Shown here: positions 9,741 to 19,200 of the stretch, piece by piece
Position numbering within the stretch: the first letter of the stretch is position 1
How the letters are laid out: every line of letters starts with the position of its first letter
Virus record (IMG/VR): IMGVR_UViG_3300007770_001284
Coordinates: 190,744 to 254,743 of that record
Length of the DNA: 64,000 nt
Direction: 5' to 3' (one strand)
The notes under the pieces: generated by a model
What the model saw: only the letters and a program-made list of their open reading frames with translations
What the model was told of the DNA's origin: nothing
Database searches by the model: none
Program-made: the position numbers and the translations under genes

Positions 9741-10291
9741 AGGTAGCATTCATTGGACCCGACATGACAGGAAAGTCAAATATTGCTGAAGAACTGTCTC
9801 GTCAGACAGACGTTCCTGTGTTCAAAAATTCCAGTGAATGGAAAACGCAACTTGATAGTCCAGATTATTTTCTTAATCTACTCAAATATGGTGGCCCATT
9901 TTTAATGGACTTTATTCGCCAAACAGGCGTATCAGTTATTTTAGACCGTTTTTATCCGTGTGAGTATGTCTACGCAGAAGCATTCGAGCGAGAGACAGAT
10001 ATGAATGCAATTTTGTGGATGGACGAGAATTTTTCTGAAGTAGGTGGGAAGTTTATCATATGTTTGCGGAAAGACTACTCTGGTCTGGTCGATGATCAAT
10101 ATCCTGACCAATTACCACCTGAAATGTTGAAAAAGTTAGACATTTATTATCGTAAGTTTGCTGAGCGTACAAGTTGTGATTATCTGATTTTAGAGACAGA
10201 TGACATGGACTTGAACAAGCAGGTAAAAGAGATTAAAATATTTTTAGGAATTAGAGAAATGGAAGCGGAGGATTTTTGTGTATACTCGTAA
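9737..10291 (+). CDS. dNMP/thymidylate-kinase-like P-loop kinase
   Basis: GPDMTGKS Walker A; ILDRFY. Confidence 0.8.
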   Translation: MKVAFIGPDMTGKSNIAEELSRQTDVPVFKNSSEWKTQLDSPDYFLNLLKYGGPFLMDFIRQTGVSVILDRFYPCEYVYAEAFERETDMNAILWMDENFSEVGGKFIICLRKDYSGLVDDQYPDQLPPEMLKKLDIYYRKFAERTSCDYLILETDDMDLNKQVKEIKIFLGIREMEAEDFCVYS

Positions 10292-11282
10292 AGCGTTAGT
10301 TACAGGGTGCTGTGGATTTATCGGCGGTCATCTTACGAAGATGTTAGTTGAGCAAGGGTGGGATGTAACTGGTGTCGACGATTTGTCAAATGGCGACCCC
10401 TCTGTATTAGACGGTATAGATATTAGGTGTATCCCACCTGCTCTTTTAGTGGCTTACGAAACACAGGCCGTCGATGCTAGTAAGACGCTGGTTATTACTG
10501 GTGATTTTGCTCATGAATATGTTCTTATGAAAATTGCTGAAGGTGAATTTGATGTAATTTTCCATCTGGCTGCCAATCCGCGTGTGGAGTTTTCTGTTAA
10601 GAATCCCGCATCGACTACCCATACAAACGTTCAAAAAACAATTGAATTAATGACAGCAGCTACCGGAAAAATTGATCGCTTTGTTTTTGCATCATCTTCG
10701 TCCAGCTATGGCAATACCGACCAATTTCCAACAAGAGAATCTTCTCCCACAAATCCAGAGTCACCTTACGGACTACAGAAGCTTGTCGTGGAACAATTTG
10801 GTGAATTGTACAACCGATTGTACAGTATGGATTTTGTTGCACTTCGGTTTTTCAATGTGTACGGCCCTGGCCAGGTGGGAGACTCTCCTTATTCAACTGC
10901 AATCGCTGCGTGGTGTACACGTCTTAAGAAAAATGAGCCCCTTCGAAGTGATGGAGACGGAGAACAACGGCGTGATATGGTGTATGTAAATGATGTTGCA
11001 AGTGCTATGGTGACAGCCGCTGATCACCCCGATTCGTTAGGTTACGCAATGTATAATGTTGCAACAGGCGTAGCTGTTACTAACAATGAAATTCTTAAGA
11101 CACTTAAAGAGTATTTTCCTGAGATGGTTATCAATCATGCTCCCGCTCGCCCAGGCGACGTAAAATTTACCTTGGGTTCTATAGATAAAATTAATGAGGA
11201 GCTCGGATGGATTCCCCGAAAGGAGTTTTGGGCTGGGCTCAGAAGCACGTTAAAGTGGTGGGGCTTATTGGACGATGAATAG
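10278..11282 (+). CDS. NAD-dependent nucleotide-sugar epimerase (extended SDR, GalE-like)
   Basis: VTGCCGFIGG, ASSSSSYG, YGLQK, LRFFNVYGP, GDGEQRRD. Confidence 0.88.
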   Translation: MYTRKALVTGCCGFIGGHLTKMLVEQGWDVTGVDDLSNGDPSVLDGIDIRCIPPALLVAYETQAVDASKTLVITGDFAHEYVLMKIAEGEFDVIFHLAANPRVEFSVKNPASTTHTNVQKTIELMTAATGKIDRFVFASSSSSYGNTDQFPTRESSPTNPESPYGLQKLVVEQFGELYNRLYSMDFVALRFFNVYGPGQVGDSPYSTAIAAWCTRLKKNEPLRSDGDGEQRRDMVYVNDVASAMVTAADHPDSLGYAMYNVATGVAVTNNEILKTLKEYFPEMVINHAPARPGDVKFTLGSIDKINEELGWIPRKEFWAGLRSTLKWWGLLDDE

Positions 11283-11706
11283 AAACGCATGGACCAGCAA
11301 ATCGGTGACAGTAGAAATGCCATGGGGTATAGAGACTCGCTGGAGCGCTGTCCCCACAATTACTGGAAAAAAGCTTGAAATTTATTCTGGTTTATGTACA
11401 AGCTTAAAATTTCATAAACAAAAGAATGAAGTTTTGTTTGTTGCATCTGGGGAAGTGACTGTTATTTTTGCTTGCGAGCGACATTTTGAAGACCCAATTC
11501 AGTATCCATCGTCAAAAGAAGTTTTAGGTCCAGGTGGTATGCTGAATGTCCAAGCAGGGTGCCCTTATCGGGTGTGTGCAAATAAAGATTCTGTAGTATA
11601 TGAAATTTCGGATGGAAGTAGTGAGAACAGTGTCCGGCTTGAGGACGAATATGGAAGAGCAATCGACACAATTGACGAGTTTCAGTTTATTTATCCAAAG
11701 GACTAA
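11275..11706 (+). CDS. Cupin-fold protein (sugar isomerase-like)
   Basis: MPWG, TSLKFHKQKNE; second-motif His appears replaced. Confidence 0.65.
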   Translation: MNRNAWTSKSVTVEMPWGIETRWSAVPTITGKKLEIYSGLCTSLKFHKQKNEVLFVASGEVTVIFACERHFEDPIQYPSSKEVLGPGGMLNVQAGCPYRVCANKDSVVYEISDGSSENSVRLEDEYGRAIDTIDEFQFIYPKD

Positions 11707-11729
11707 GTCCTAATTCTAAGGAGAAGAAA

Positions 11730-12569
11730 ATGAGCTCGATCGACCCAAATTCAGTAGATGTAGTGATTTACCACGCTGATTGCACTGACGGTTACGGGGC
11801 TGCGTATTCAGCATGGAAGCTGTTGGGAAAACGTGCCGAGTTTTATCCGTGTAAGCACGGTAATCCCCCCCCAAAAGTAAAGGGAAAGAACGTTGTTATT
11901 TTAGACTTCTCGTTTACGAATGCAGTTACAAAAAAGATGATAAAGTCTGCAAAAAACCTCATCGTGATTGACCACCATAAATCTGCAATGGTAGAATTAC
12001 ATGATATAACAAATACACATTTTGACATGACTAAGTCGGGTGCAATGCTGGCTTGGGAATTTTTTCATCCTGGAAAAGATGCTCCCAAGTTTATTCAATA
12101 TATTCAAGATCGTGATCTTTGGAAGTGGGAGCTCCCATACTCAAGGGAGTTCGCAGCAGCGTTTGATATGGTCCCCTTTGAGTTTGAGGAATTTGAAAAG
12201 TTTGAAGATGATTCGGTGTTTGATGACGCTGTTAAACGCGGTTCGTATATACTTGCTTATTCTAAGACAGTTGTAAAGAAGGTTTGCGAGAAAGCTGAGC
12301 CAAGAAAGTTTGAAGGGAAGGATGTTCTTGTTGTGAACGCTTCTCACTGGATGTCAGAAATCGGAGCAAGACTTTCACCAGATTGTGATTTTGCATTGAT
12401 TTGGTACTGGGATCATGAAGATAAGGTTACGAAGGTCAGCTTACGTGCATTTCACGATTCTGTTGACGTATCTGAAATTTCGAAAAAGTTTGGTGGCGGT
12501 GGTCACAAAAAAGCAGCAGGATTTACGCTTCCTAAGGAGACTCACATTGAAGAACTCTTTGACACTTGA
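11730..12569 (+). CDS. DHH/DHHA1 phosphoesterase (NrnB-like)
   Basis: YHADCTDG, LDFS, IDHHKS, DRDLW, GGGGHKKAAGF. Confidence 0.88.
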   Translation: MSSIDPNSVDVVIYHADCTDGYGAAYSAWKLLGKRAEFYPCKHGNPPPKVKGKNVVILDFSFTNAVTKKMIKSAKNLIVIDHHKSAMVELHDITNTHFDMTKSGAMLAWEFFHPGKDAPKFIQYIQDRDLWKWELPYSREFAAAFDMVPFEFEEFEKFEDDSVFDDAVKRGSYILAYSKTVVKKVCEKAEPRKFEGKDVLVVNASHWMSEIGARLSPDCDFALIWYWDHEDKVTKVSLRAFHDSVDVSEISKKFGGGGHKKAAGFTLPKETHIEELFDT

Positions 12570-13143
12570 TAGAACGCCAAAGTTTGATATTGTTTATTTA
12601 GATCCGCCATGGGACTACAAAGGCCAGCTACAACATAGTAAACCTGGAATGGGTGATACAGGTGGGGCTCGCAAGCATTATGGTACGCTCAAACTAAAAC
12701 AGCTTAAGCAGTTTCCAATGCAGGAGCTTCTTAACGAAGACTCGCTTGTCTTTATGTGGGTAACAAACCCACACCTCGATCAGGGCATTGAGCTGCTTAA
12801 GAGCTGGGGGCTGAAATATTCTACAGTCGCCTTTGTGTGGAACAAGATGCGGGTTAATCCTGGGTTTTATACCATGTCGCAGTGCGAGCTTTGCCTTGTT
12901 GGAAAAAATGGCAAGATTCCTCGACCTCGAGGTGCCAGAAACGTGCGACAATATCTAGAGCACCTCCGTGAAGAGCATAGCAAAAAGCCGGATGAAGTTA
13001 GGGCTCGCATTGAGCAGATGTTTCCAGACCAGACGAAGGTTGAACTGTTTGCTCGCCACCAGTTACCTGGATGGTCAGTTTGGGGAGATGAAGTCGAAAG
13101 CTGTGACAGTCTTAAAGGGTACTTGAATGAGCTCGGATGGTAG
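12559..13143 (+). CDS. MT-A70 family methyltransferase
   Basis: DPPW, FMWVTN, HSKKP, ELFAR; TTG start approximate. Confidence 0.88.
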   Translation: MTLDRTPKFDIVYLDPPWDYKGQLQHSKPGMGDTGGARKHYGTLKLKQLKQFPMQELLNEDSLVFMWVTNPHLDQGIELLKSWGLKYSTVAFVWNKMRVNPGFYTMSQCELCLVGKNGKIPRPRGARNVRQYLEHLREEHSKKPDEVRARIEQMFPDQTKVELFARHQLPGWSVWGDEVESCDSLKGYLNELGW

Positions 13144-13555
13144 ACCGCCATGGGATGAAATCTGGATGGGGTTTGCTCATTCAATAGCTCGTCGTTCCTA
13201 TGATCCGCGACATCAGGTTGGTGCTGTTGTTGTTACGAAAGAAAATACACAAGTGTTAGCTGTTGGGTATAACGGGAATTATACAGGCGGACCCAATGAG
13301 GCAGAGTCAGAAGTTCCGGGTGAGTCTGGAATGATTCATGCTGAAATTAACGCGCTGCTTAAATGTGATTACAATATTCTTGCGGAAAAGATAATGTACG
13401 TTACACTAAGTCCGTGTCGAATGTGCGCAAAAGCGATGGTAAATGGTGGGATTAGCGAAGTCATTTATAACGAGCAGTATCGTGATATTTCTGGGCTGGA
13501 TCTATTGAGGGCCGCTGGAGTAAAAGTAAGGCGCTATTCCTATAAGAAATACTAG
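13127..13555 (+). CDS. dCMP deaminase (ComEB-like)
   Basis: HAEINAL, SPCRMC, GYNG. Confidence 0.88.
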   Translation: MSSDGRPPWDEIWMGFAHSIARRSYDPRHQVGAVVVTKENTQVLAVGYNGNYTGGPNEAESEVPGESGMIHAEINALLKCDYNILAEKIMYVTLSPCRMCAKAMVNGGISEVIYNEQYRDISGLDLLRAAGVKVRRYSYKKY

Positions 13556-13565
13556 CCGCGCGTAT

Positions 13566-13572
13566 ATATTTA
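13566..13572 (+). promoter_or_regulatory. Putative late-promoter motif ATATTTA
   Basis: Intergenic, at the start of the acidic-protein block. Confidence 0.55.
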
Positions 13573-13603
13573 GTCTAGTGCTTTGTTTGCCGGAGTTGTT
13601 CTT

Positions 13604-14950
13604 ATGCGTAGAGGTCTAGTAGAAAATCTTGCTGAAATTTCTGTTTGTGCAGTTTTTCGAGCATATTCTAGCGAGCTAACTTATCTTGCGTTGCAAGAGG
13701 GCCAAGTCCGTGGAATGCTTCTAGTTGAGGAATTCAGTAGTGAAGATGCCAACAAACTAGACGCAGCAGTAAAAGAAATAAAGGCTTTGGTCGCTGCAGC
13801 AACAGACAAATTTGCAGATGCGGCAGAGGTCTGGTCCAAGCCATTCGGTGAATTTGATACATTCATGACAGACATGCCTGATGCTGCGGAGATCGTTACT
13901 CTGATACAGGGTGGCGACGCAGACAAGCTTGGAAAGATGACAGCGGATTATACAAAAAAATTGCAAACAGTTGCTGGTGATATTGCCGCTTTGATCGCTG
14001 CGGTTGGCGCCGTGCAGAAAGATTTGGCAAATTTTAAAGACGCAGTGGGTGAAAATGGTGCTCAGACCATCGGCGAGTTGGCCGGCCAAGAAGGCGGAGA
14101 GTTCCCGGCGCTCGATAAATTAGATGCAGGGATTCAGCAAGCATATCAAATTCCTGGGTGGTTTGATAAGATTTGGGCCGCTGGCTCGAAAGCAGCAGAA
14201 CAAGAAAGTGAGGGTGGCTTCTTTAAGAAGGCGATGGCGTTCATCGGCGGCTTATTTAAGAGCGATAAAAGTGGACGAGTTGTAGACGCTAGCCTAATCG
14301 CTGACGCCATTAAGCAGACTCCCTATGATGTGTTCATGGGCGTCGATCTTTCTGATGTGCAAACAAGCCTCGAAAGTGCCACCGAAGTCGCCGGTGAAGA
14401 AACGACACAGGCTACATCGGCAGCGCAATCAGCGGCAGGGGGAGCCGATGGCGTAACTGATGCTGGTGAGGGGGACGCCGACCCATCTGATGAGATAGAA
14501 ACAGCAGCTAAGGAGCCAGAGGCTCCCGGGGTGGCTGTTTCTAATGCCCTCGACGCTTGGTATGATGGGTTAGCCGCTGAGTCTCAAAAAACAATAAAGG
14601 CAAACGGTCGATATGACGCACTAAAGACCGGAATTAATGACACGCTTGATGGGCTGTCCAAAGCTGTAGAGAAGGAAGTTGGGAATGCCGTCGGCGCTTG
14701 GCGCAAGGAGCATGAAGAAGCTATGGGAAGAAGATTCTCTAAGAAAAATATGGACGCCCTGCAGGCCATGATTCCTAAATTGGCATCGACAATGATGCAG
14801 AAGAAAGAAGAATCAGTTGGACGATTTACTGTTGGCACAGTCCACAGAGCGGTTTATCGTTATCTTGATGCTTCGCATCGCAGTGATAAAATTTTATTTG
14901 AGTCCACGAGGTGGGGCCAATTAGCGGGTGTTGGAGAAGACAATGAGTAG
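13604..14950 (+). CDS. Ala/acidic-rich hypothetical protein, probably virion-associated
   Basis: Long ORF with LLVEE and LFES motifs; no enzyme motif recognised. Confidence 0.6.
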   Translation: MRRGLVENLAEISVCAVFRAYSSELTYLALQEGQVRGMLLVEEFSSEDANKLDAAVKEIKALVAAATDKFADAAEVWSKPFGEFDTFMTDMPDAAEIVTLIQGGDADKLGKMTADYTKKLQTVAGDIAALIAAVGAVQKDLANFKDAVGENGAQTIGELAGQEGGEFPALDKLDAGIQQAYQIPGWFDKIWAAGSKAAEQESEGGFFKKAMAFIGGLFKSDKSGRVVDASLIADAIKQTPYDVFMGVDLSDVQTSLESATEVAGEETTQATSAAQSAAGGADGVTDAGEGDADPSDEIETAAKEPEAPGVAVSNALDAWYDGLAAESQKTIKANGRYDALKTGINDTLDGLSKAVEKEVGNAVGAWRKEHEEAMGRRFSKKNMDALQAMIPKLASTMMQKKEESVGRFTVGTVHRAVYRYLDASHRSDKILFESTRWGQLAGVGEDNE

Positions 14951-15383
14951 TGTTGATTCGAGATATATTTTAGAGGTGCTGAAATTTGAATATAATCAAA
15001 GATTATCAGAGACCTTACGAGAAGCAGAAATTTTTGATGCTCAAGGAAATATTATCATCAAACCTGATTTGAAAGTACGTCATAAGAAGTCTGGTTATGA
15101 ATATACAGTCGATCGAGTCGAGGGTGATGTACCCGGCAGCGTTAAGATTGTTTTACGAGAACCCGATGAGCCAAGGTTTGAACCCCCTCCAGAGGGTGAA
15201 GAAGTTTTAGGCGGACCCCAGGATGGAGTATTGGCTGAAGATGATTTAACGATTCAGGGTAATGGTGTTGAAGTTGTGGTTCCAGGTGTCGCACCGGTGG
15301 AAGTACCGGAGGAAGAAGCCGAAGATGAAGAATATTTCGTGGTCGATGAAAAAGACTTTGAAGAAGAATACGAGGTAAAGTAA
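14943..15383 (+). CDS. Acidic hypothetical protein
   Basis: RLSETLREAE motif; overlaps the previous stop. Confidence 0.6.
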   Translation: MSSVDSRYILEVLKFEYNQRLSETLREAEIFDAQGNIIIKPDLKVRHKKSGYEYTVDRVEGDVPGSVKIVLREPDEPRFEPPPEGEEVLGGPQDGVLAEDDLTIQGNGVEVVVPGVAPVEVPEEEAEDEEYFVVDEKDFEEEYEVK

Positions 15384-15384
15384 A

Positions 15385-16098
15385 ATGTCATTTGACGATA
15401 AAGAGATTAAGAAAGTTATTCGAGACACGCTTGGGTTAAATGAAGTAAAAGAGCGACTAGACGAAGCCTATGTGCTTCAAGCAAAGAAATACGATCTTAA
15501 GACAGATTTATTGAGCAGGAAAACAATCGATACACATCAGAAATTGTTACAAGGCTATGTTGAGACTGCAAATAATATTTCTGCTAAATTAGATTCTGTT
15601 GATAGAACAGAAGCGAATGCAAATGATTCTGCTTTTCGATCTTTGAAAATTGAGGAATCGTATAATTTAAATGCATCATTTCTTCATGCTTATTATTTCG
15701 ATAATATTGCTGACCCCAACTCAAAGATAACAATGGATTCGCTAGCTTATATGCGACTAGCCAGGGATTTTGGGACATTTGATGACTGGCAACGTGACTT
15801 TGTTGCATGTGCCTTGTCAGCGAGGAACGGTTGGGCAATGACTGTTTATAATTGCTTTTTAGATCGTTTCATGAACGTCGTTGTTGATCTACATAATATC
15901 AATATTCCACTAAATTGCTATCCAGTGATCGTTCTTGATATGTGGGAGCATGCATATTTCAGGGATTATCTCAGTGATAAGCAGAAGTACGTATTTGCTA
16001 TGATGAAGGAACTAAACTGGGATGTTATAGAAGACCGTGTTAGCCGTGCCGATAAGCTTGCAAGGTTGTTTAACAAACCTTCGGAGACGAAGCAATGA
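15385..16098 (+). CDS. Fe/Mn superoxide dismutase family protein with N-terminal leader
   Basis: THQK, FLHAYY, LDMWEHAY (all four metal-ligand positions), LNW. Confidence 0.8.
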   Translation: MSFDDKEIKKVIRDTLGLNEVKERLDEAYVLQAKKYDLKTDLLSRKTIDTHQKLLQGYVETANNISAKLDSVDRTEANANDSAFRSLKIEESYNLNASFLHAYYFDNIADPNSKITMDSLAYMRLARDFGTFDDWQRDFVACALSARNGWAMTVYNCFLDRFMNVVVDLHNINIPLNCYPVIVLDMWEHAYFRDYLSDKQKYVFAMMKELNWDVIEDRVSRADKLARLFNKPSETKQ

Positions 16099-16748
16099 AA
16101 GAAAAAGATATACGAGAATTTTTTAATCGAGCGTATGCTCATCTTTTACGAGAGCAAGACGAAGAAGACCCGTTTGCGACGGACGATGAGGGTGGAGATG
16201 AAGGCGGTGACGAAGAAGCTGGTGACGAAGAAGCCGGTGATGAGACTGCTGAAGGTGAAGAGGGTGAAGAAGCTGAAGGTGAAGAGGAAGAGCCAGAGGT
16301 TGAGGTAGAAGAAGAAGACGAAGTTAGGTTTGGGAAATCGCTGGATGACCAATTACAGGCAATCTTTATTGATATAGAATCTGATTCGCTTAAGAGCGCC
16401 GCGATACAGGAAGAAGGATATTCGCTGTCTAGAATTCTTCTACGAGAGCAAGAAGATGACCCCGAAGCTCCTCCTATTGATATAGATAAATTTGCGAGTG
16501 AGACAGCTCGGCTTGTTAAGAACTTCGACGCCTTTTTTGATATTGAAGAGCTGCTCCAGGCGAAAGCTAGAAGCTTTTTGTTAGACAAGTATGGCGAGGA
16601 AATTGCTGATGAGTTTACTGACTTGCTAAAAGTGCGTCATGGTATCGAAACAAACGAAGAGGAGCGCGCTAAAAGAGAAGACCTCTCAACAGAAATACCA
16701 ATTGCCGTTGGCGCTACTGCCGGTGGAGGTGGTGGTGGAGCTGTATGA
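16095..16748 (+). CDS. Very acidic hypothetical protein
   Basis: LLREQ twice; DEEAG/EEGE low-complexity tract. Confidence 0.65.
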   Translation: MKEKDIREFFNRAYAHLLREQDEEDPFATDDEGGDEGGDEEAGDEEAGDETAEGEEGEEAEGEEEEPEVEVEEEDEVRFGKSLDDQLQAIFIDIESDSLKSAAIQEEGYSLSRILLREQEDDPEAPPIDIDKFASETARLVKNFDAFFDIEELLQAKARSFLLDKYGEEIADEFTDLLKVRHGIETNEEERAKREDLSTEIPIAVGATAGGGGGGAV

Positions 16749-17023
16749 GTGATTTTATTCGCAAGAAATCGGTCCACTTTAACTTGCTTACCGAAACCCA
16801 CGCAGAGTTTCGTGTCTTGGCTTTTCGTAAAAAGCTCTCGATGCAAGAAATTGTTGAGGGTCTTATTTCACGTTTAGCAAATGGTAATCCAACGTTAGTG
16901 AGGATTGTTGATAAGATTGCTGAAGAAAAATATGACTCTGAATTGAGAAAGGTTGTGGGAACAGACGCAGACAGCTTATTCGATGCGATTGAGAAACATG
17001 ACCAATTACGGGGAGACGAATAA
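16745..17023 (+). CDS. Small DNA-binding-like protein (possible ribbon-helix-helix)
   Basis: KSVHFNLLTETHAEFRVLAFRKKLSMQEIVE pattern. Confidence 0.45.
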   Translation: MSDFIRKKSVHFNLLTETHAEFRVLAFRKKLSMQEIVEGLISRLANGNPTLVRIVDKIAEEKYDSELRKVVGTDADSLFDAIEKHDQLRGDE

Positions 17024-17304
17024 TGGGGTGGTTTTTTAGGTCACGGAAAAAAGAACGAGAGCGAGTAAGGGTTTTAGAGCAAAAAGTCTATGAGCTAGAA
17101 AAAACTCTTACTCTGGTGAAAATGACACTGCATAATTTACAAAGTGCGCTACTAGCCATGTCGCGGACACAAGACAGCATAGGAAGAGATATTTCGAATA
17201 TTGGCGAAGTTGTTGAAAATATTGTGGGGGTTTTTGAAGTTGATACTACATCCTCATTTCCTCTACAAACGACGCCCAGTAATGATGATGATTTACCAAA
17301 TTAG
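17023..17304 (+). CDS. Coiled-coil hypothetical protein
   Basis: TAATG overlap; heptad pattern. Confidence 0.55.
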   Translation: MGWFFRSRKKERERVRVLEQKVYELEKTLTLVKMTLHNLQSALLAMSRTQDSIGRDISNIGEVVENIVGVFEVDTTSSFPLQTTPSNDDDLPN

Positions 17305-17316
17305 GGGGAGTTTAAG

Positions 17317-17553
17317 ATGAGTAAAGAAGAGTTACCCGCTGAGGTTTCGGTGTTGGTAGAGCGAGTTGGAATTTTAGACAGGGTTACTTCTAAAATAATA
17401 TCACGTAAATTTTTGGTTTTCGTAACAGCGACAGCTTTGCTAGCGTGGTCTGATTTGGAGAGTGACACTTGGGGAATGATCGCAATGATCTATATCGGCA
17501 GCCAAGCAGTAATTGATGCGGCTCTAGCGTGGAAGCACGGTCCTAACAGATAG
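17317..17553 (+). CDS. Small two-TM protein, holin-like
   Basis: SRKFLVFVTATALL and WGMIAMIYIGSQAVID hydrophobic segments. Confidence 0.5.
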   Translation: MSKEELPAEVSVLVERVGILDRVTSKIISRKFLVFVTATALLAWSDLESDTWGMIAMIYIGSQAVIDAALAWKHGPNR

Positions 17554-17558
17554 GTGGC

Positions 17559-17939
17559 ATGATGGTTTGGGCAAAAATAAAAAATGCAGTTTGCGGTTGG
17601 TGCAAAAAGTATTGGCAGATTTTGGTGGGCTTTTTTGGAGCTTTATTTGCTGTTTTTGCTATATCTGGTGGTAATAAAGAAGCTAGAAAGATTTTAGATG
17701 CAAAAAATGATCTACTACGAAAAGAAGAAGAAGCGATCGCTGAGGCGCGAGATGCAGAAACCGAAGCAATTAAAAATAATATAGAAAAATATTTCGATGT
17801 TGAAGATGAAGCGAGGGAAGCTCTTCAAAAGTGGGTAGACGATTTAGATGAGCAAAAACGTAATCGAGTATTGGAGTTGCTTGAATCAGATACCCCAGAA
17901 GAAGAAATCGCCGCGGGTCTGCGTCGGTTTTTAGAATAG
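17559..17939 (+). CDS. N-terminal TM plus coiled-coil protein (spanin-like)
   Basis: WQILVGFFGALFAVFAI followed by a charged helix. Confidence 0.45.
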   Translation: MMVWAKIKNAVCGWCKKYWQILVGFFGALFAVFAISGGNKEARKILDAKNDLLRKEEEAIAEARDAETEAIKNNIEKYFDVEDEAREALQKWVDDLDEQKRNRVLELLESDTPEEEIAAGLRRFLE

Positions 17940-17959
17940 GAAGTTTGTTATAACACACC

Positions 17960-17966
17960 ATATTTA
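17960..17966 (+). promoter_or_regulatory. Putative late-promoter motif ATATTTA
   Basis: Intergenic, upstream of 17992. Confidence 0.55.
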
Positions 17967-17991
17967 AGTGTAGGTTTTTCGGAGAAACAAG

Positions 17992-19176
17992 ATGGCAAAG
18001 CGAACGTTAGCTGAATTATACGGGTATTCAACCCCCAAGCGTAGGGCGAAAAAGCTCTCTTCTCGTAAATTACGGTCAGTTATTTTGCAAGAAATTCGGG
18101 GCATTCTAAATGAAGCAGGGGAGTCTGACGGTCCGGTCAACGTTGAGGGTGTTCCTGAGGCCTATCAAAAACCTGCGGGTACTGCGATGAAGGGCGGAGA
18201 TAATATCAAGGGAGTCGATGCGACAGAAATAGTCGCACAGCTCGCTAGCGGTGATGTAAAAATGCCCATCTTTGCCGCCATTGGAGAGTATCATAATCCA
18301 CAATTTACCCCAGGGATTCCAAAGGCCGACACACCAGAAGGCGCTGCTGCGATTGCAAATTGGGTGAAGACGAAAGGCCCTGACTTTTTACAACAGAACA
18401 TTATCAATATTCAAGGCAAGCTTCCCTCTAGTGGCAAGCCAAAATCCGATATGCCTGCCCTCGAGCCTATGGATGTTGTCCACGTTAAGGATGCACTAAG
18501 CCCCGGCGGACAGATCAATATCGATATGGACGACCCTTCTGCTGATGATACAGCAGATGTTGAAAAATGGCATAAGGAACATGGCGATGAAGCAGAGTTA
18601 GGCGGAGCTAAAAAAGAATCAAAATATTCGTTAGCGGCGAGTTTGTTAGAAGACAAATTTCCCCAAGGTCATAAGGGCGGTATGCCAGGCGCGCCTGTGA
18701 AAGGTGAAAAAGATGCTGTCGACCTCAACGCGATCAAAGATTTGGCTCTTAGCTTTTTGACAAAAGGGCTTCAGTCATATGACGACGACGGTGGGGATGA
18801 TATGATCGCAGTGCAGGAGAATGAACCGATTAAGGTGGCCGCAATGATCCCGACACAATCAAACGTTCTTCTTGGAAAATCACTCGCATTTGCAATCGGT
18901 GGCGGGTTCGGTGGTCAGGAACTCGGAGCTTATATTACTGGCGGCAATGAGATTTTAGATGGTCACCACCGCTGGGCAGGAACAATGATTGTAGATCCGG
19001 GAGCTGAGATCAAGGGTCACAAGGTTATGGCTCCAGCTGCACAAATTCTCCCTGTTTTAACAACTTTGGGGAATGCATTAGGACGTCAACAGAAGGGGAT
19101 GGAGCACAATGAATCTTTGAGCCCATCTGATAATGTACTTCTAGAGCGCTGGCGCAAGTTAGCAGGTTTACTGTAG
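17992..19176 (+). CDS. Leader-bearing protein with a C-terminal ParB/Srx-like domain
   Basis: PTQS...ILDGHHRWA; N-terminal LRSVILQEIRGILNE; C-terminal VLLERWRKLAGLL. Confidence 0.6.
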   Translation: MAKRTLAELYGYSTPKRRAKKLSSRKLRSVILQEIRGILNEAGESDGPVNVEGVPEAYQKPAGTAMKGGDNIKGVDATEIVAQLASGDVKMPIFAAIGEYHNPQFTPGIPKADTPEGAAAIANWVKTKGPDFLQQNIINIQGKLPSSGKPKSDMPALEPMDVVHVKDALSPGGQINIDMDDPSADDTADVEKWHKEHGDEAELGGAKKESKYSLAASLLEDKFPQGHKGGMPGAPVKGEKDAVDLNAIKDLALSFLTKGLQSYDDDGGDDMIAVQENEPIKVAAMIPTQSNVLLGKSLAFAIGGGFGGQELGAYITGGNEILDGHHRWAGTMIVDPGAEIKGHKVMAPAAQILPVLTTLGNALGRQQKGMEHNESLSPSDNVLLERWRKLAGLL

Positions 19177-19200
19177 ACTTAATCACTCTACTATTTCGGT

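Noticed and set aside
16195-16320. GAAGAAGC(T/C)GGTGA-type repeats as a CRISPR or regulatory repeat
   Set aside because: Low-complexity coding sequence (DEEAG) with no unique spacers; no CRISPR array or cas gene was seen anywhere in the window
16139-16588. Ser-rich minus-strand ORF
   Set aside because: Antisense shadow of the Glu/Asp-rich gene at 16095; most other short overlapping ORFs in the track were rejected for the same reason
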